Below the pieces are notes generated by a model that saw nothing but the letters and a program-made list of their open reading frames with translations, was not told the DNA's origin and ran no database searches. A stretch of 64,000 bases of DNA, taken from NCBI RefSeq assembly GCF_009914755.1, contig NC_060943.1; one strand, 5' to 3'. This DNA is from the human T2T-CHM13v2.0 reference genome, Homo sapiens. Every line of letters begins with the position of its first letter. Position 1 is the first letter of the stretch. Shown here one piece after another: positions 1-17,552 of this stretch. Made by a program: the position numbers and the translations under genes.

Positions 1-790
<790 letters not shown>

Positions 791-855
791 GGTCAGCCAT
801 CTCCTTTTAAGTGAAAATTTGGTCAGTCTCATGACTTCCGATTACTCTTTGGTTA

Positions 856-1040
856 AAAAAATATATATATAAAATATACATACATAAAAAATACATATAT
901 AAAATATATATATTAAAAATACATATAAAAATATGTATAAATACATATATATATTAAAAATACATATATATAAATACATATATAAATATATATTAAAATA
1001 CATATATAAAAATATATATATTAAAAAATACATATATATA
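856..1040. repeat. AT-rich (TA)n-derived minisatellite
   Basis: Repeated tatatattaaaaatacatata units. Confidence 0.9.
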
Positions 1041-1080
1041 TTCTGTGATCATTTTAAATTGCCCCACATAGCTACAACAG

Positions 1081-1841
<761 letters not shown>

Positions 1842-2001
1842 GTGCACTTGGAGTCTCTCCCAGCCTGTGTCCCCACGGGTCAAACAGTGATGAATGGGGA
1901 TCACTGCAGATGCCAGGAGGGCACATGGCACAGTCCCTGGGACAGGGGGACCCTGTCTTGAGGGCCACAGCTGCATGGCCCCGAGACACTACCCGGAGTT
2001 G

Positions 2002-2603
<602 letters not shown>

Positions 2604-3773
2604 TCCTCCTGAGTTTTTTGAATAAGGGTTTCCGGGAGAGTAGCTCCAGAGAGCAGCAGGCACAGTGCCCTACACAGAGCCGGGACCATGGTCTCTGCTC
2701 GGCCTCCAAACACCCATCAGCCTCCTGGACTCTAGGTGAGCCTCCCAGGGCCTCCCCAAGCAGAGGCCTTGAAACCCAAACTCCGGAGACCCAGGAGATC
2801 CAGCCCGCAGCCTGGGGAAGGGGTAGGCTGAAGGTTCCCATCCCAGAGGGGTGTCCTCATCCCAGGAGGCGCTGGATGGCACTCGACCTCCTGTTTCCTT
2901 ATGTGTCCCTGGGGGAATGGGGTCAGCCTCTCCAGGGCCACCATGAGCGTTTCAGGGGAGGAGGGTACAGGTGGCCACTGCCTGGACCCCCAGGAGGGCT
3001 CTCGAGACCCTGATGTGGGTAAGCAGTGACGGGAACCAGCACCCGGAGGTCGTTCTTCCGAGGCTGGGCCCATCCCATTTTGGAACGAGTAGCCAGGCTG
3101 TCCCTGCCACCCCGGACCCCGAAGTGTGGCCGGGTGGGGCCCCTGACCCTCTCCTGGGCTCCAGGTGCTGTCTCCTGTCTCCATCTTGGGTGCACATGCC
3201 AGGCCCCCTGGGTGCCGTGTGCTCCCCACCCCTTCACGCGTGGGCACTGTCTCATCCCTGCCCCAGCCCCCACCCTCAGACCATCAGGTGAAGCCCCTGC
3301 ACCCACCTGTCTGTCTGAACAAGAGCGTGGCCCTTCCCGCCCTGCCTGCAGTGGCTGTGGCTTCCTGGGGACAGGAGGCAGCTGGGTGGGGATCTGGAGG
3401 ATGCTCCTCAAGCCCTGCCCTGATGGCTGTGTGTCTCCAAGGAAGTTCCTGCTGCTCTGGGCAGCCTTGCTTTCCCCCACCAAACAAAGGGGTGAAAACC
3501 CTTAGAACGCGTTGAGTCTGGGGGTCAGCTCCCTCGTGCCCCAGGAGGCCCCTGCCTCTGCCAGAGGAGTCTGATGTTCCAGGGCTGGGACTCAAGGAGT
3601 TTAGGGTGTCCTGTGATTCCGGGGCTCCCCTGCTAAGAGGCCTCACTGTGAGGCCGGGGGCGCTGCCTTGCCAGTCCGCGGGATGATGGGGTGAGGGGCC
3701 AGGCGTGCATCTCCAGCCCCCTCCCCATCCCCAAGGCCCCCACGTGGACATGGAGCTGAAAGGTCAAATGTGC

Positions 3774-5079
<1,306 letters not shown>

Positions 5080-5151
5080 TCAGGCTCCCACTTAGGGACG
5101 GGGCAGGGGCAAGATGGGCCTGCACACTCAAACCCACTCCCAGCCTCGTCA

Positions 5152-5913
<762 letters not shown>

Positions 5914-5952
5914 TCAGGGTCACAGAAAGGCCTGGATTTTAAAAGAATAAAA

Positions 5953-5958
5953 TTTATT
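5953..5958 (-). terminator. DUS3L: DUS3L polyadenylation signal AATAAA
   Basis: tttatt on + strand, 41 nt beyond the stop codon. Confidence 0.8.
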
Positions 5959-5999
5959 GTACTCTCCTCGCCCCAGGGTGCCCCTGGGAAAGCCTGAGG

Positions 6000-6072
6000 C
6001 TACTTGTACGCGTTGGCCTTGTGCTTCGGCAAGAAGGCGAAGCTGGGGGGCACTGGCCCAAGGAGCATCTCG
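6000..6072 (-). CDS. DUS3L: DUS3L exon 13 coding part ([23 protein letters not shown])
   Basis: CCACAG| acceptor; TAG at 6002-6000. Confidence 0.93.
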
Positions 6073-6179
6073 CTGTGGGAGAGCAGGTGGAAAGCGAGGT
6101 CAGGCCCAGGACCTGCAAAGTACCCTCCGTGACCCCGGGCCCCCGACTGCAGCTCCCCAACTCCAGCCCACCCAGGCAC

Positions 6180-6308
6180 CTGATGCGGATCCAGTCGGCT
6201 GCCTTCTGGCTGGCCATCAGCGTCTCCAGGTAGTCGCGGCCCAGGTAGTAGGGCGGCCGCTCGTTGATCCTCTGTGGGAGCCGCTCCAGCAGCCCCACGG
6301 GCACGTAC
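6180..6308 (-). CDS. DUS3L: DUS3L exon 12 ([19 protein letters not shown]...)
   Basis: CCGCAG| and AG|GTGCC; 129 nt. Confidence 0.93.
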
Positions 6309-6399
6309 CTGCGGCGGGTGGGCGGGCAGGACAGGCTTGAGTCAGCTCTAACCAGCCGCGGCCCACGCGCCGCCCACCCCAGCCAGCCCCGGTGCCCAC

Positions 6400-6588
6400 C
6401 GGCACAGGAAGGACAGCCACTCGAGCAGAAAGCGCCGGGTCTTCTCCACGCCCTGCGTGTCCGAGCCCCAGTGCTCCAGGCCGTAGTTGGTGAAGTCCCG
6501 CAGGATGTCCAGGCGCTCGGACGACGAGATGTCCCAGTGCCGCTGCTCCTTGATCTCCGTGAAGAGCCACGGCTTGAGCAGGGCGCCA
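6400..6588 (-). CDS. DUS3L: DUS3L exon 11 ([14 protein letters not shown]...LSFLCR)
   Basis: ORF 6348..6689; AG/GT boundaries; 189 nt. Confidence 0.94.
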
Positions 6589-6747
6589 CTGTGGGACGGG
6601 TGACGATCAGTGGGCCCAGCCACCAGCCTGCCTGGGATCGTGTGGCCTCTGCTTCCATGGCCTGGCCTGAGCCGGAGCCCAGACCACAAAACCTACAAGC
6701 CTAGTAAGCCTCCCAGCTGCATGCACACAACCTTCAAAGCACAGGAC

Positions 6748-7044
6748 TTTCTTTTGTTTTTTCTGAGACGGAGTCTGGCTCTGTCGCCCAGGCTGGGGTG
6801 CAGTGGTAAGATCTCGGCTCACTGTTCAACCTCCGTCTCCCAGGTTCAGGCAATTGTCCTGCCTCAGCCTCCCTAGTAGTTGGGATTACAGGCGTGTACC
6901 ACTACACCTGGCTAATTTTTGTATTTTTAATAGAGATGTTTCACCATGTTGGTCAGGCTAGTCTTGAACCTCCGACCTCAAATGATCGGCGTGCCTTGGC
7001 CTCCCAAAGTGCTGGGATTACAGGCGTGAGCCACACACCTGGCC
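6748..7044 (-). mobile_element. AluS in DUS3L intron 10
   Basis: Full-length Alu consensus. Confidence 0.92.
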
Positions 7045-7263
7045 AAAGCCCAGGACTTTCAACCCACAATCATCAGATCCCACAGCAGCAGCAATTTCCA
7101 GTCCCCTCTGCCGCAACGCAGCTGCAACTCCTGACATCGCTCTCTGCTCCTCCCATCTTGGGACCAACAGCCCACCACAGAACAGGGGTGGGTGACGGCG
7201 TGTTGGGTTCAGGGCACTGCTGCTGTGCATGAAGCTGGATCTCTAACATCCCTGGGCACTTAC

Positions 7264-7339
7264 CGGGCAATCATGATCCCGGTGACACCAGTCTGCATGG
7301 CGCGGTTGGCATCCTCAAATGACAAGATGTCCCCATTTC
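7264..7339 (-). CDS. DUS3L: DUS3L exon 10 (GNGDILSFEDA...GIMIAR)
   Basis: Dus NGDI and GxMIAR motifs; CTCAG| and CG|GTAAGT. Confidence 0.93.
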
Positions 7340-7545
7340 CTGAGGAGACAGAGGCTGGGGTCTCAGGGAGACATGGGCAGGTGGGACCCTGGAGTTCTGC
7401 TCACCAGCCCTTCAGGAGTTTTGGCTGACCCAGTGGCTCCCATCAGGGTGGTACGAGGGGGTCCCAAGTGGGAAGGCGAACAGCCCAGAGGTGTGAGTGA
7501 CCAAGGGTGGTAGGGGAGAGGGAGGTGGCTTCCCGGAACACCCAC

Positions 7546-7642
7546 CGAACAGGGGCATGGGGCTGGCGGCCTGCACGCACTCCTCGATGTACTGCCAGTC
7601 GGCTAGCTTGGTGTAGCGCTGCTCCCGAGAGCGGCCGTGGAG
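7546..7642 (-). CDS. DUS3L: DUS3L exon 9 (LHGRSREQRYTKLADWQYI...)
   Basis: Dus HGR motif; AG/GT boundaries; 97 nt. Confidence 0.94.
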
Positions 7643-7857
7643 CTGGGGGAGAAGCCGCCACGCAGGGTAGGAGGCAGAGAGTGAGACGCAGAGAGGAAGA
7701 GACCAAGAGAGCCAGGCTGAGAGAGACAGAGAGAGACACAGGCGGAGACAGAGGGAGGTGTGGAGGTGAAGAGGGAGGGATGGGAGGAGAGGAGCCATTA
7801 GGAAGGGACGCGGGGTCGACCGCGAGGCCCCAATGCCCGAGGCGTCCCAAGACCCAC

Positions 7858-7968
7858 CGTGACGAGTGCCACGCCCCAGTCCCGCAGCTCGGGCAGCAGG
7901 CGGTGCGCCAGGTTCACACGCTCCTGGACGCCTGTGCGGATCTTCACAGTCAGCGGCACATCCAGCAC
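7858..7968 (-). CDS. DUS3L: DUS3L exon 8 (VLDVPLTVKIRTG...GVALVT)
   Basis: Dus PxTVKIR motif; CTGTAG| and ACG|GTGGGT; 111 nt. Confidence 0.93.
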
Positions 7969-7975
7969 CTACAGG

Positions 7976-8671
7976 ACGGTGGTGGGAGGTGGTGGGAGAT
8001 GGTGGGAGGTCGTGGGAGATGGTGGGAGGTCGTGGGAGATGGTGGGAGGTAGTGGGAGACAGTGGCAGACAGTGGGAGGTGGTGGGAGATGGTGGCAGAC
8101 GGTGGGAGGTGGTGGGAGACAGTGGGAAGTGGTGGGAGGTGGTGGGAGACGGTGGGAGGTGGTAGGAGACGGTGGGAGGTGGTGGGAGACACTCGGAGAC
8201 GGTGGGATGTGGTGGGAGGTAGTGGGAGACATTGGCAGACGGTGGGAGGTGGTGGGAGATGGTGAGAGGTGGTGGGAGACGGCGGGAGGTGGTGGGAGAT
8301 GGCGGGAGGTGGTGGGAGACGGTGGGAGGTGGTGGGAGGTGGTGGGAGACGGAGAAGGTGGGATGTGGTGGGAGGTAGTGGGAGACACTGGCAGATGGTG
8401 GGAGGTCGTGGGAGATGGTGGGAGGTGGTGGGAGACGGTGGGAGATGGTGGGAGGTGGTGGGAGACGGCGGGAGGTGGTGGGAGATGGCGGGAGGTGGTG
8501 GGAAGTGGTGGGAGACGGAGATGGTGGGAGACGGTGGGAGACGGCGGGAGGTGGAGGGAGGCGGCGGGAGATGGCGGGAGGTGGCAGGAGACGTGGGAGG
8601 TGGCAGGAGACGGTGGGAGGTGGTGGGAGACAGTGGGAGGTGGTGGGAGACGGTGGGAGGTGGTGGGAGAC
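7976..8671. repeat. 10-bp G-rich VNTR (GGTGGGAGRY), about 69 units, DUS3L intron 7
   Basis: Direct reading; 10-nt periodicity. Confidence 0.97.
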
Positions 8672-8723
8672 AGGGCCCGGGGGAGTTGTTTGGGAGCCAG
8701 TGCGAGGATGTGGCTGGCCGTAC

Positions 8724-8789
8724 CTGGTTCATGCCACGGACGATCTGCTGGAACTTGGTGGAGCGATTCATGAGGGCACAGCCCCCACC
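8724..8789 (-). CDS. DUS3L: DUS3L exon 7 (GGGCALMNRSTKFQQIVRGMNQ)
   Basis: TTCCAG| and CAG|GTACGG; 66 nt. Confidence 0.93.
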
Positions 8790-9016
8790 CTGGAAGAGAC
8801 AGGCGGGTGGAGGGAGGGCAGGACGTGGGCTGACCCAAGACCCCTCACCCCTGCTGCCCGGAGGCCCCCACCAGGAGACGCCGACCTGCAGGAAAGGCAG
8901 GGACTCCAGGGCCACACTTGAGCCCAAACCCCTGACCCTCCACCGAGACATCGCCGGCTGGGTCAGTGCCTCCCTGCCCAGATGGGGAAACCGAGGCACA
9001 CGTCCAGGGCCGCTAC

Positions 9017-9133
9017 CTTCTTGTACACGAGGTCGATGGGGCAGCCGACGTTGATGTCCACAAAGTCCACCTCCACGGTGCGGCTCAGCAGCTCGGCACA
9101 CTTGGTCATGGTGTCGGGGAAGGCGCCCTCCAG
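9017..9133 (-). CDS. DUS3L: DUS3L exon 6 with the catalytic DINVGCP motif (Cys396)
   Basis: Dus family NxGCP signature; AG/GT boundaries; 117 nt. Confidence 0.95.
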
Positions 9134-9451
9134 CTGTAGGTGGGTAGTGGCAGAACAGGAGGGTGAGGGGAGAGTCCGAACTGTCCCCACTTGGCCGTTC
9201 CCTCCCCACTGGGGGGCCCTGAGCCAGTGGCCTCCTCTCTCGGGGCCTCCCCGGAAGGAGCCAAGGTCTGTCTGCGAGGCACCGGTCCCCGGCCACGGCC
9301 ATCAGCCCCCAGAGGTGGATCAGGGCATCACCCCCACTCCACAGCTGAGGCCAGGGGGTCAGGGAGGCAACCAGGGCAGACCTGGAACCTGGCTCTGAGA
9401 CAGGACGGCCGAGGGCCCCTCCACTCTCCCTCCCTCGGGGTGGGCACTGAC

Positions 9452-9604
9452 CTGGACGCCAAAGATGTCCTCACACTGGTGGCGTTTGAGTAGGGCCCAC
9501 TCGGACATCTGGCCCTGCAGCAGGTTGGTGCAGACGGCCATCTCTCCACATGTCACATCCGCCCCGAAGCGCTTGCAGATCCGTCGGAAGGGCAGGTTCC
9601 CACA
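9452..9604 (-). CDS. DUS3L: DUS3L exon 5 ([10 protein letters not shown]...DIFGVQ)
   Basis: CCGCAG| and CAG|GTCAGT; 153 nt. Confidence 0.94.
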
Positions 9605-9784
9605 CTGCGGGGGGAGCAGGACAGACACACATGCTCTTGCACGCGCACACACACACACACACAGCAGAACCCTGAATATGCGCCCCAGCCCCACAATCCA
9701 GTAGGTGGGGACAGACACTAAGCCCTGTTGGAATGACCACACTGCCACCCTGCCACCCGACCAGCCACCTGACCCAGGTCCTAC

Positions 9785-9826
9785 CGTGGTGAGGGGGGCC
9801 AGGTAAAGTTTGCCACGGATGTCCAG
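9785..9826 (-). CDS. DUS3L: DUS3L exon 4 ([14 protein letters not shown])
   Basis: CCAG| acceptor, ACG|GTAGGA donor; start of the Dus FMN-binding barrel. Confidence 0.92.
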
Positions 9827-10133
9827 CTGGAGGGAAAAAAATACACACAAGTGGAGCTTGGCCTCCACCCCAGCTGCTGAGGCCCTGGAGCCTCCCTTCT
9901 ACCCACAGTCTAGGACACACTTGGCCCAAATGGTCTGGCTCCTTTGCTGGGCCTCTGCATGTGCCAATCAATCCCTTCATCAGGAATGTTCCTTTCCTCA
10001 TCGTCTCCTCCACTGGAGAGCTTCTACTTAACCATCCAAACCCAGTCCCAATGCCCCCTCTTCCAGGAAGCCTCCCACATTTGTCCCCCGCTGCCCGACC
10101 CTGACCCTCTGAGACTTAGAGTGTGTCCAGCTC

Positions 10134-10434
10134 TTTTTTTTTTTTTTTTTTTGAGATAGAGTCTTGCTCTGTTGCCCAGGCTGGAGTGCGGTGGCACAAT
10201 CTTGGCTCACTGCAACATCCGCCTCCTGGGTTCAAGTGATTCTCCTGCCTCAGCCTCCTGAGTGGCTGGAATTACAGGTGCCCGCCACCAGGCCCGGCTA
10301 ATTTTTGTATTTTTAGTAGAGATAGGGTTTCACCATGATGGCTAGGCTGGTTTTGAACTCCCGACTTCAAATGATCTGCCTGCCTCAGCCTCCCAAAGTG
10401 CTGGGATTACAGGCGTGAGCCACCGCCCCCGGCC
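10134..10434 (-). mobile_element. AluS in DUS3L intron 3
   Basis: Full-length Alu flanked by TSD tgtccagctcttt. Confidence 0.92.
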
Positions 10435-10634
10435 CTGTCCAGCTCTTTCTGTCCCCACCTCCTGAGGGCTGGGCCCAGGACAGAGCACAGAGAGGGAGAC
10501 TCAGCCAGGAGCTCCCTCAAGGCACACAGCCTCTGACTCCCAGGCAGCTAGAACAGGAACGTGGACACAGCTGGTATTTAATAGACGCACACCAGATGGA
10601 CAGATCTGCTACTGACGTTGTCCTCAACACGTAC

Positions 10635-11147
10635 CCGCTTCTTCTCACAGGGCCGCAGCCTGACCACGTCCTCATCCGTCAGGGGCCCGCAGGTCCGCAC
10701 GGGGCTGCTGGGAGGGGTGCTAGTGCCCGGCCCTGCGGGGACCTGCTGGGCACCACAGTTTTCCTGCCTGGGAGCGCCCTCGGCTGCCGTGCCCTCGGGG
10801 ACAGCGGCAGCGGGTGTGGGGCCCTGGCTGAACCGGCGCAGGGCCTGCTCAGCTCGCTCGAAGCGGACCTCGCGCTTCCGCAGCTGCTGCTGCAGGGCTT
10901 TGTCCAGGCCGTTGCGGATGGACGGGGGCTGGGTCCCGCGGGCCGCCAACTCCTCCTGCACCAGGTTCTGTCCCTCGGGCCTCAGGTGGGCCCCAGCGAA
11001 GCGGCAGGTCACGCCGTAGGGGCACCGGCCGAAGGTCTCGAAGAGCACGCAGCGGGGGCCCAGGTCGGCCGGCTTGGTCTCCAGGTAGCGCCCCACGTCG
11101 TGCAGAAAGCGGCAGCGATCACCGAAGAAACACTTAGCAGCCGACTC
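10635..11147 (-). CDS. DUS3L: DUS3L exon 3 (CCCH zinc-finger region)
   Basis: ESAAKCFFGDRCRFLHD and PRCVLFETFGRCPYGVTCRFAGAH C3H motifs; AG/GT boundaries; 513 nt. Confidence 0.94.
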
Positions 11148-11474
11148 CTGCGAGGAAACAGGGAAGCAGTGAGGGAGGACAGGGAGACCCCGGGGCAGCC
11201 CAGCAGCCAGGGTTCAAACTCTAGATCACCCCTCCTGGCTCTTGTGTCCCTGAGCAAGTCAGGCACCTCACCGTGCCTCTGCATCTCCATTTATACAATG
11301 AGAACAATGACAAGCCCTACAATGTATCCCGAGGAGAATGAAGACGGAATGGCATCAGAGCAAGCTCACTGCTCGTTGCTGAAGGCCCAGGAGCTTTCTA
11401 ACAATTACCCGCTGCCAGGAAACACACCCTGCTCCTGCCTGCCCCGGCAGGAATGCTCACGTGGCCGCACTTGC

Positions 11475-11763
11475 CTGGATTAGGGAGGGACACAGCCTGT
11501 TCTTGTCGTAGTTCGTGGGCTTCACATGGGGCCGGCCCTTGTTTTGTCCCCGGGCCCTCTTCTGAGTCTGTAGCTGCTCCCCGGGCTCTGCTGCCTCCTC
11601 CGTCTGCCCGTCCGCCGTCTGTCCATCCTCCAGTCGGATCCGCTTAGCCTCAGGCTCAGCCAGCTCATTGCCAGCAGGGTCTCCTACCTCGGTTTCCCGG
11701 CAAGTCTTCTCCTGCCCTTTGGCTTCCAGGAATTGGTGAAACTGCTCCTTGGTGGTGAGGTAT
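11475..11763 (-). CDS. DUS3L: DUS3L exon 2 (YLTTKEQFHQFLE...RLCPSLIQ)
   Basis: Acceptor TCGGCAG|; non-canonical donor CAG|GCAAGT; ORF 11457..11813. Confidence 0.92.
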
Positions 11764-11959
11764 CTGCCGACAGAAAGGGAAAGGAAAACCCTCCGAACAT
11801 AGTCAATAAACACTGGGGAAAGGAGGCTAGAAACACTTGCACGTCCTTAAATCCTTCTGCTGATGGGGAGCTCACTACTTAAGAACCAGCCAGCTCCCAG
11901 CCTGGGAGCCCCTCACGGCCTCAAAAAAGACCTATTTTGTCCCTGGGTCCTCACTGTCC

Positions 11960-12790
11960 AAAGTGTTGCGCGAAACTATTATCAGGTTCAGTCAAGAACG
12001 TCCCTGCGCACGTTAGGCTGCGAAAAACTACAATTCCCAGCATGCCTTGAAGCGGAGTCTAAGCCACCACATTTCCCAGCACGCCTTTCGGCCCTTCAAA
12101 CACCGCAGGCCCCAGCACGCCCCGCGGCACTCGCTTCAACCCCAAGACCCGCCAGTAACGGCCGCTGGCAGAGCACATGCGCCGTACGTCCATATGCAGG
12201 GACTACAATCCCCAGTATGCAGCGCGGGCCTGGCCTCAAATCCCACCTGCCCTAGCATGCACGTGGTGTCCTTCGCGCATGTGACAGGCCCCAACGTGCA
12301 CGATCTCAGGTACCTCCGCTGACCACCCTGCAGGCGGAAGAACGGCCCGGAATGAAGAGCCGGTGGCTTCTCGCCCTCAGCCGCTGCCTAATCTCCCGGC
12401 ATGCACAGCTCGGACCGCGCTATGGGTGCCGGAAAAGGCCCTTCAGCTTCCCTCCTGCCCCGGCGACTCACTGACGCTTAATGGGCGCCACTCCTCGTTC
12501 CAAAGCTCCGGCTCCCGAGTCGCCACCACCACCATTCTCTAGAGGAGCCTCCGCCGTTCCCTCCGCCATCGGCGCCCCTCACATCCGCTCTGGAGTGTGG
12601 CGGGAAGACCTTCCGGGTCACGCGTGTCTTCCCTGATTGTGCTGGGGAAGTGCGCATGCTCATGTCGTTCCAATGACGCCATTGCTCGCTCGTGACGCCA
12701 CGGGGGCGGTGCCTGCACATGGGTGGAGCCTCAGGTCCTATATAAACTAGAGCCTGGCCAATTGCGAACTGGACTGCAATCAGCTTCTGG
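11960..12790. promoter_or_regulatory. DUS3L: DUS3L CpG-island promoter
   Basis: CpG-dense. Contains ETS CTTCCGG (12610-12616), NRF1-like TGCGCATGC (12651-12659), CRE-like TGACG, CCAAT, a GC box and intronic ZNF143 motifs. Confidence 0.85.
12472..12569 (-). CDS. DUS3L: DUS3L tRNA-dihydrouridine(47) synthase, exon 1 (MAEGTAEAPLENGGGG...)
   Basis: ATG in CCGATGG context within a CpG island; donor CA|GTGAGT. The 13 exons sum to 650 codons + TAG. Confidence 0.93.
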
Positions 12791-12829
12791 ACTGAGGAAA
12801 TTTAACTGTTAGGGTGTTTTGGAGGTTTT

Positions 12830-13742
<913 letters not shown>

Positions 13743-13774
13743 GTAAATTACACTACTTTTATGCAGGACATTAG

Positions 13775-15085
<1,311 letters not shown>

Positions 15086-15339
15086 GCTGTGCCCCCTAAA
15101 ACTCCCTATTCCTGGAGAAGCTTTGGTGTGCACAGGAAATTCAGGGTTCTGGACTCAGCCAAGTTTGAATCCCCGCCCCTCCACTTACCAGCTGGAAACA
15201 TTGGGCATCTCATTTAGCCCCCTCATACCCCAGTCACCTCATCAATAAAATGGGCCAGATAAAAGTATCTCCCTTAGGCTGGGCGCGGTGGCTCACGCCT
15301 GTAATCCCAGCACTTTTGGAGGGCGAGGCGGGCGGATCA

Positions 15340-15654
<315 letters not shown>

Positions 15655-15812
15655 TTACAGGACCTGGGAGAAAGTTGAGGGGAGAGCGGGCAGTTTGTCT
15701 TCCATCTCTGGCCTTGGCTGCCCTCTGTAGGACAACCTGGGAATAAAACGGTGGAACCCGGGAATCTAAAAGTGCAAAAGGCCGGGCACCTTGGCTTAAT
15801 GCTGTAATCCTA

Positions 15813-16058
<246 letters not shown>

Positions 16059-16195
16059 CTAAAAATAAATAAATAAATGGCTAGGTGTGGTGGCTTATGT
16101 AATCCCAGTACTTTGGGAAACCGAAGCGGTTGAGTCACTTGAGGTCAGGAGTTCAAGACCAGCCTGGGCAACATGTTGAAACCCTGTCTCTACTA

Positions 16196-16741
<546 letters not shown>

Positions 16742-17098
16742 TGAGACTTCTTGTCCAGCTGGGCTTGTCCACCATCCAGGGATGGGTACTCCTCCCTCCA
16801 GGGGTGCCTTTCCGTTCCCCTCTGAGGTTCTCCCACTTTTCTTTCTTATCATGTCACTACTACCCCAGACAGCTTTGAGGAGACAATTGTCAGATGGCAG
16901 AAACTGAGGCCCACAAAAGGCAACCTGAGGAATGTGGCCTCTCTCTGGGCCTCAGCCTTGAAGAAGAGATCTCCCAGGGCTGCCTGGCTGTGCCGTGTGA
17001 TAACTCCACCTCCTCAGTGTAAGGCAATCCCAGAAGGCTTCCTGTAGGAGGAGGGCTGTGGATTGGCCAATTTTTAAGTATGATATTAATATGAATAA

Positions 17099-17293
<195 letters not shown>

Positions 17294-17552
17294 TGAGACT
17301 GCAGGCGCATGCCACCATGCTTGGCTAATTTTTTGTATTTTTAGTAGAGACAGGGTTTCACCACGCTGGACAGGCTTGTCTGGAACTCCTGACCTCGTGA
17401 CCCACCTGCTTCAGCCTCCCAAAGTGCTGGGATTACAGGTGTGAGCCACCGCGCCTGGCCATTATTATATTATTGTAGTGGTATAATATTGTTTACCAGT
17501 AGCTGAACAATTACTGAACACTTTCTGGGTACCAGGCCCCATTCTAAGCCGC

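Noticed and set aside
842-1033. 63-aa hydrophobic Tyr/Ile ORF
   Set aside because: Translation of the (TA)n-rich repeat.
2620-3750. Repeat-free GC-rich stretch with overlapping 150-190 aa ORFs
   Set aside because: No recognisable protein, no convincing exon chain, and composition typical of GC-rich non-coding DNA.
7859-9302. Long ORFs of 260-450 aa on both strands
   Set aside because: They arise from the stop-poor 10-mer VNTR; low-complexity translations, not independent genes.
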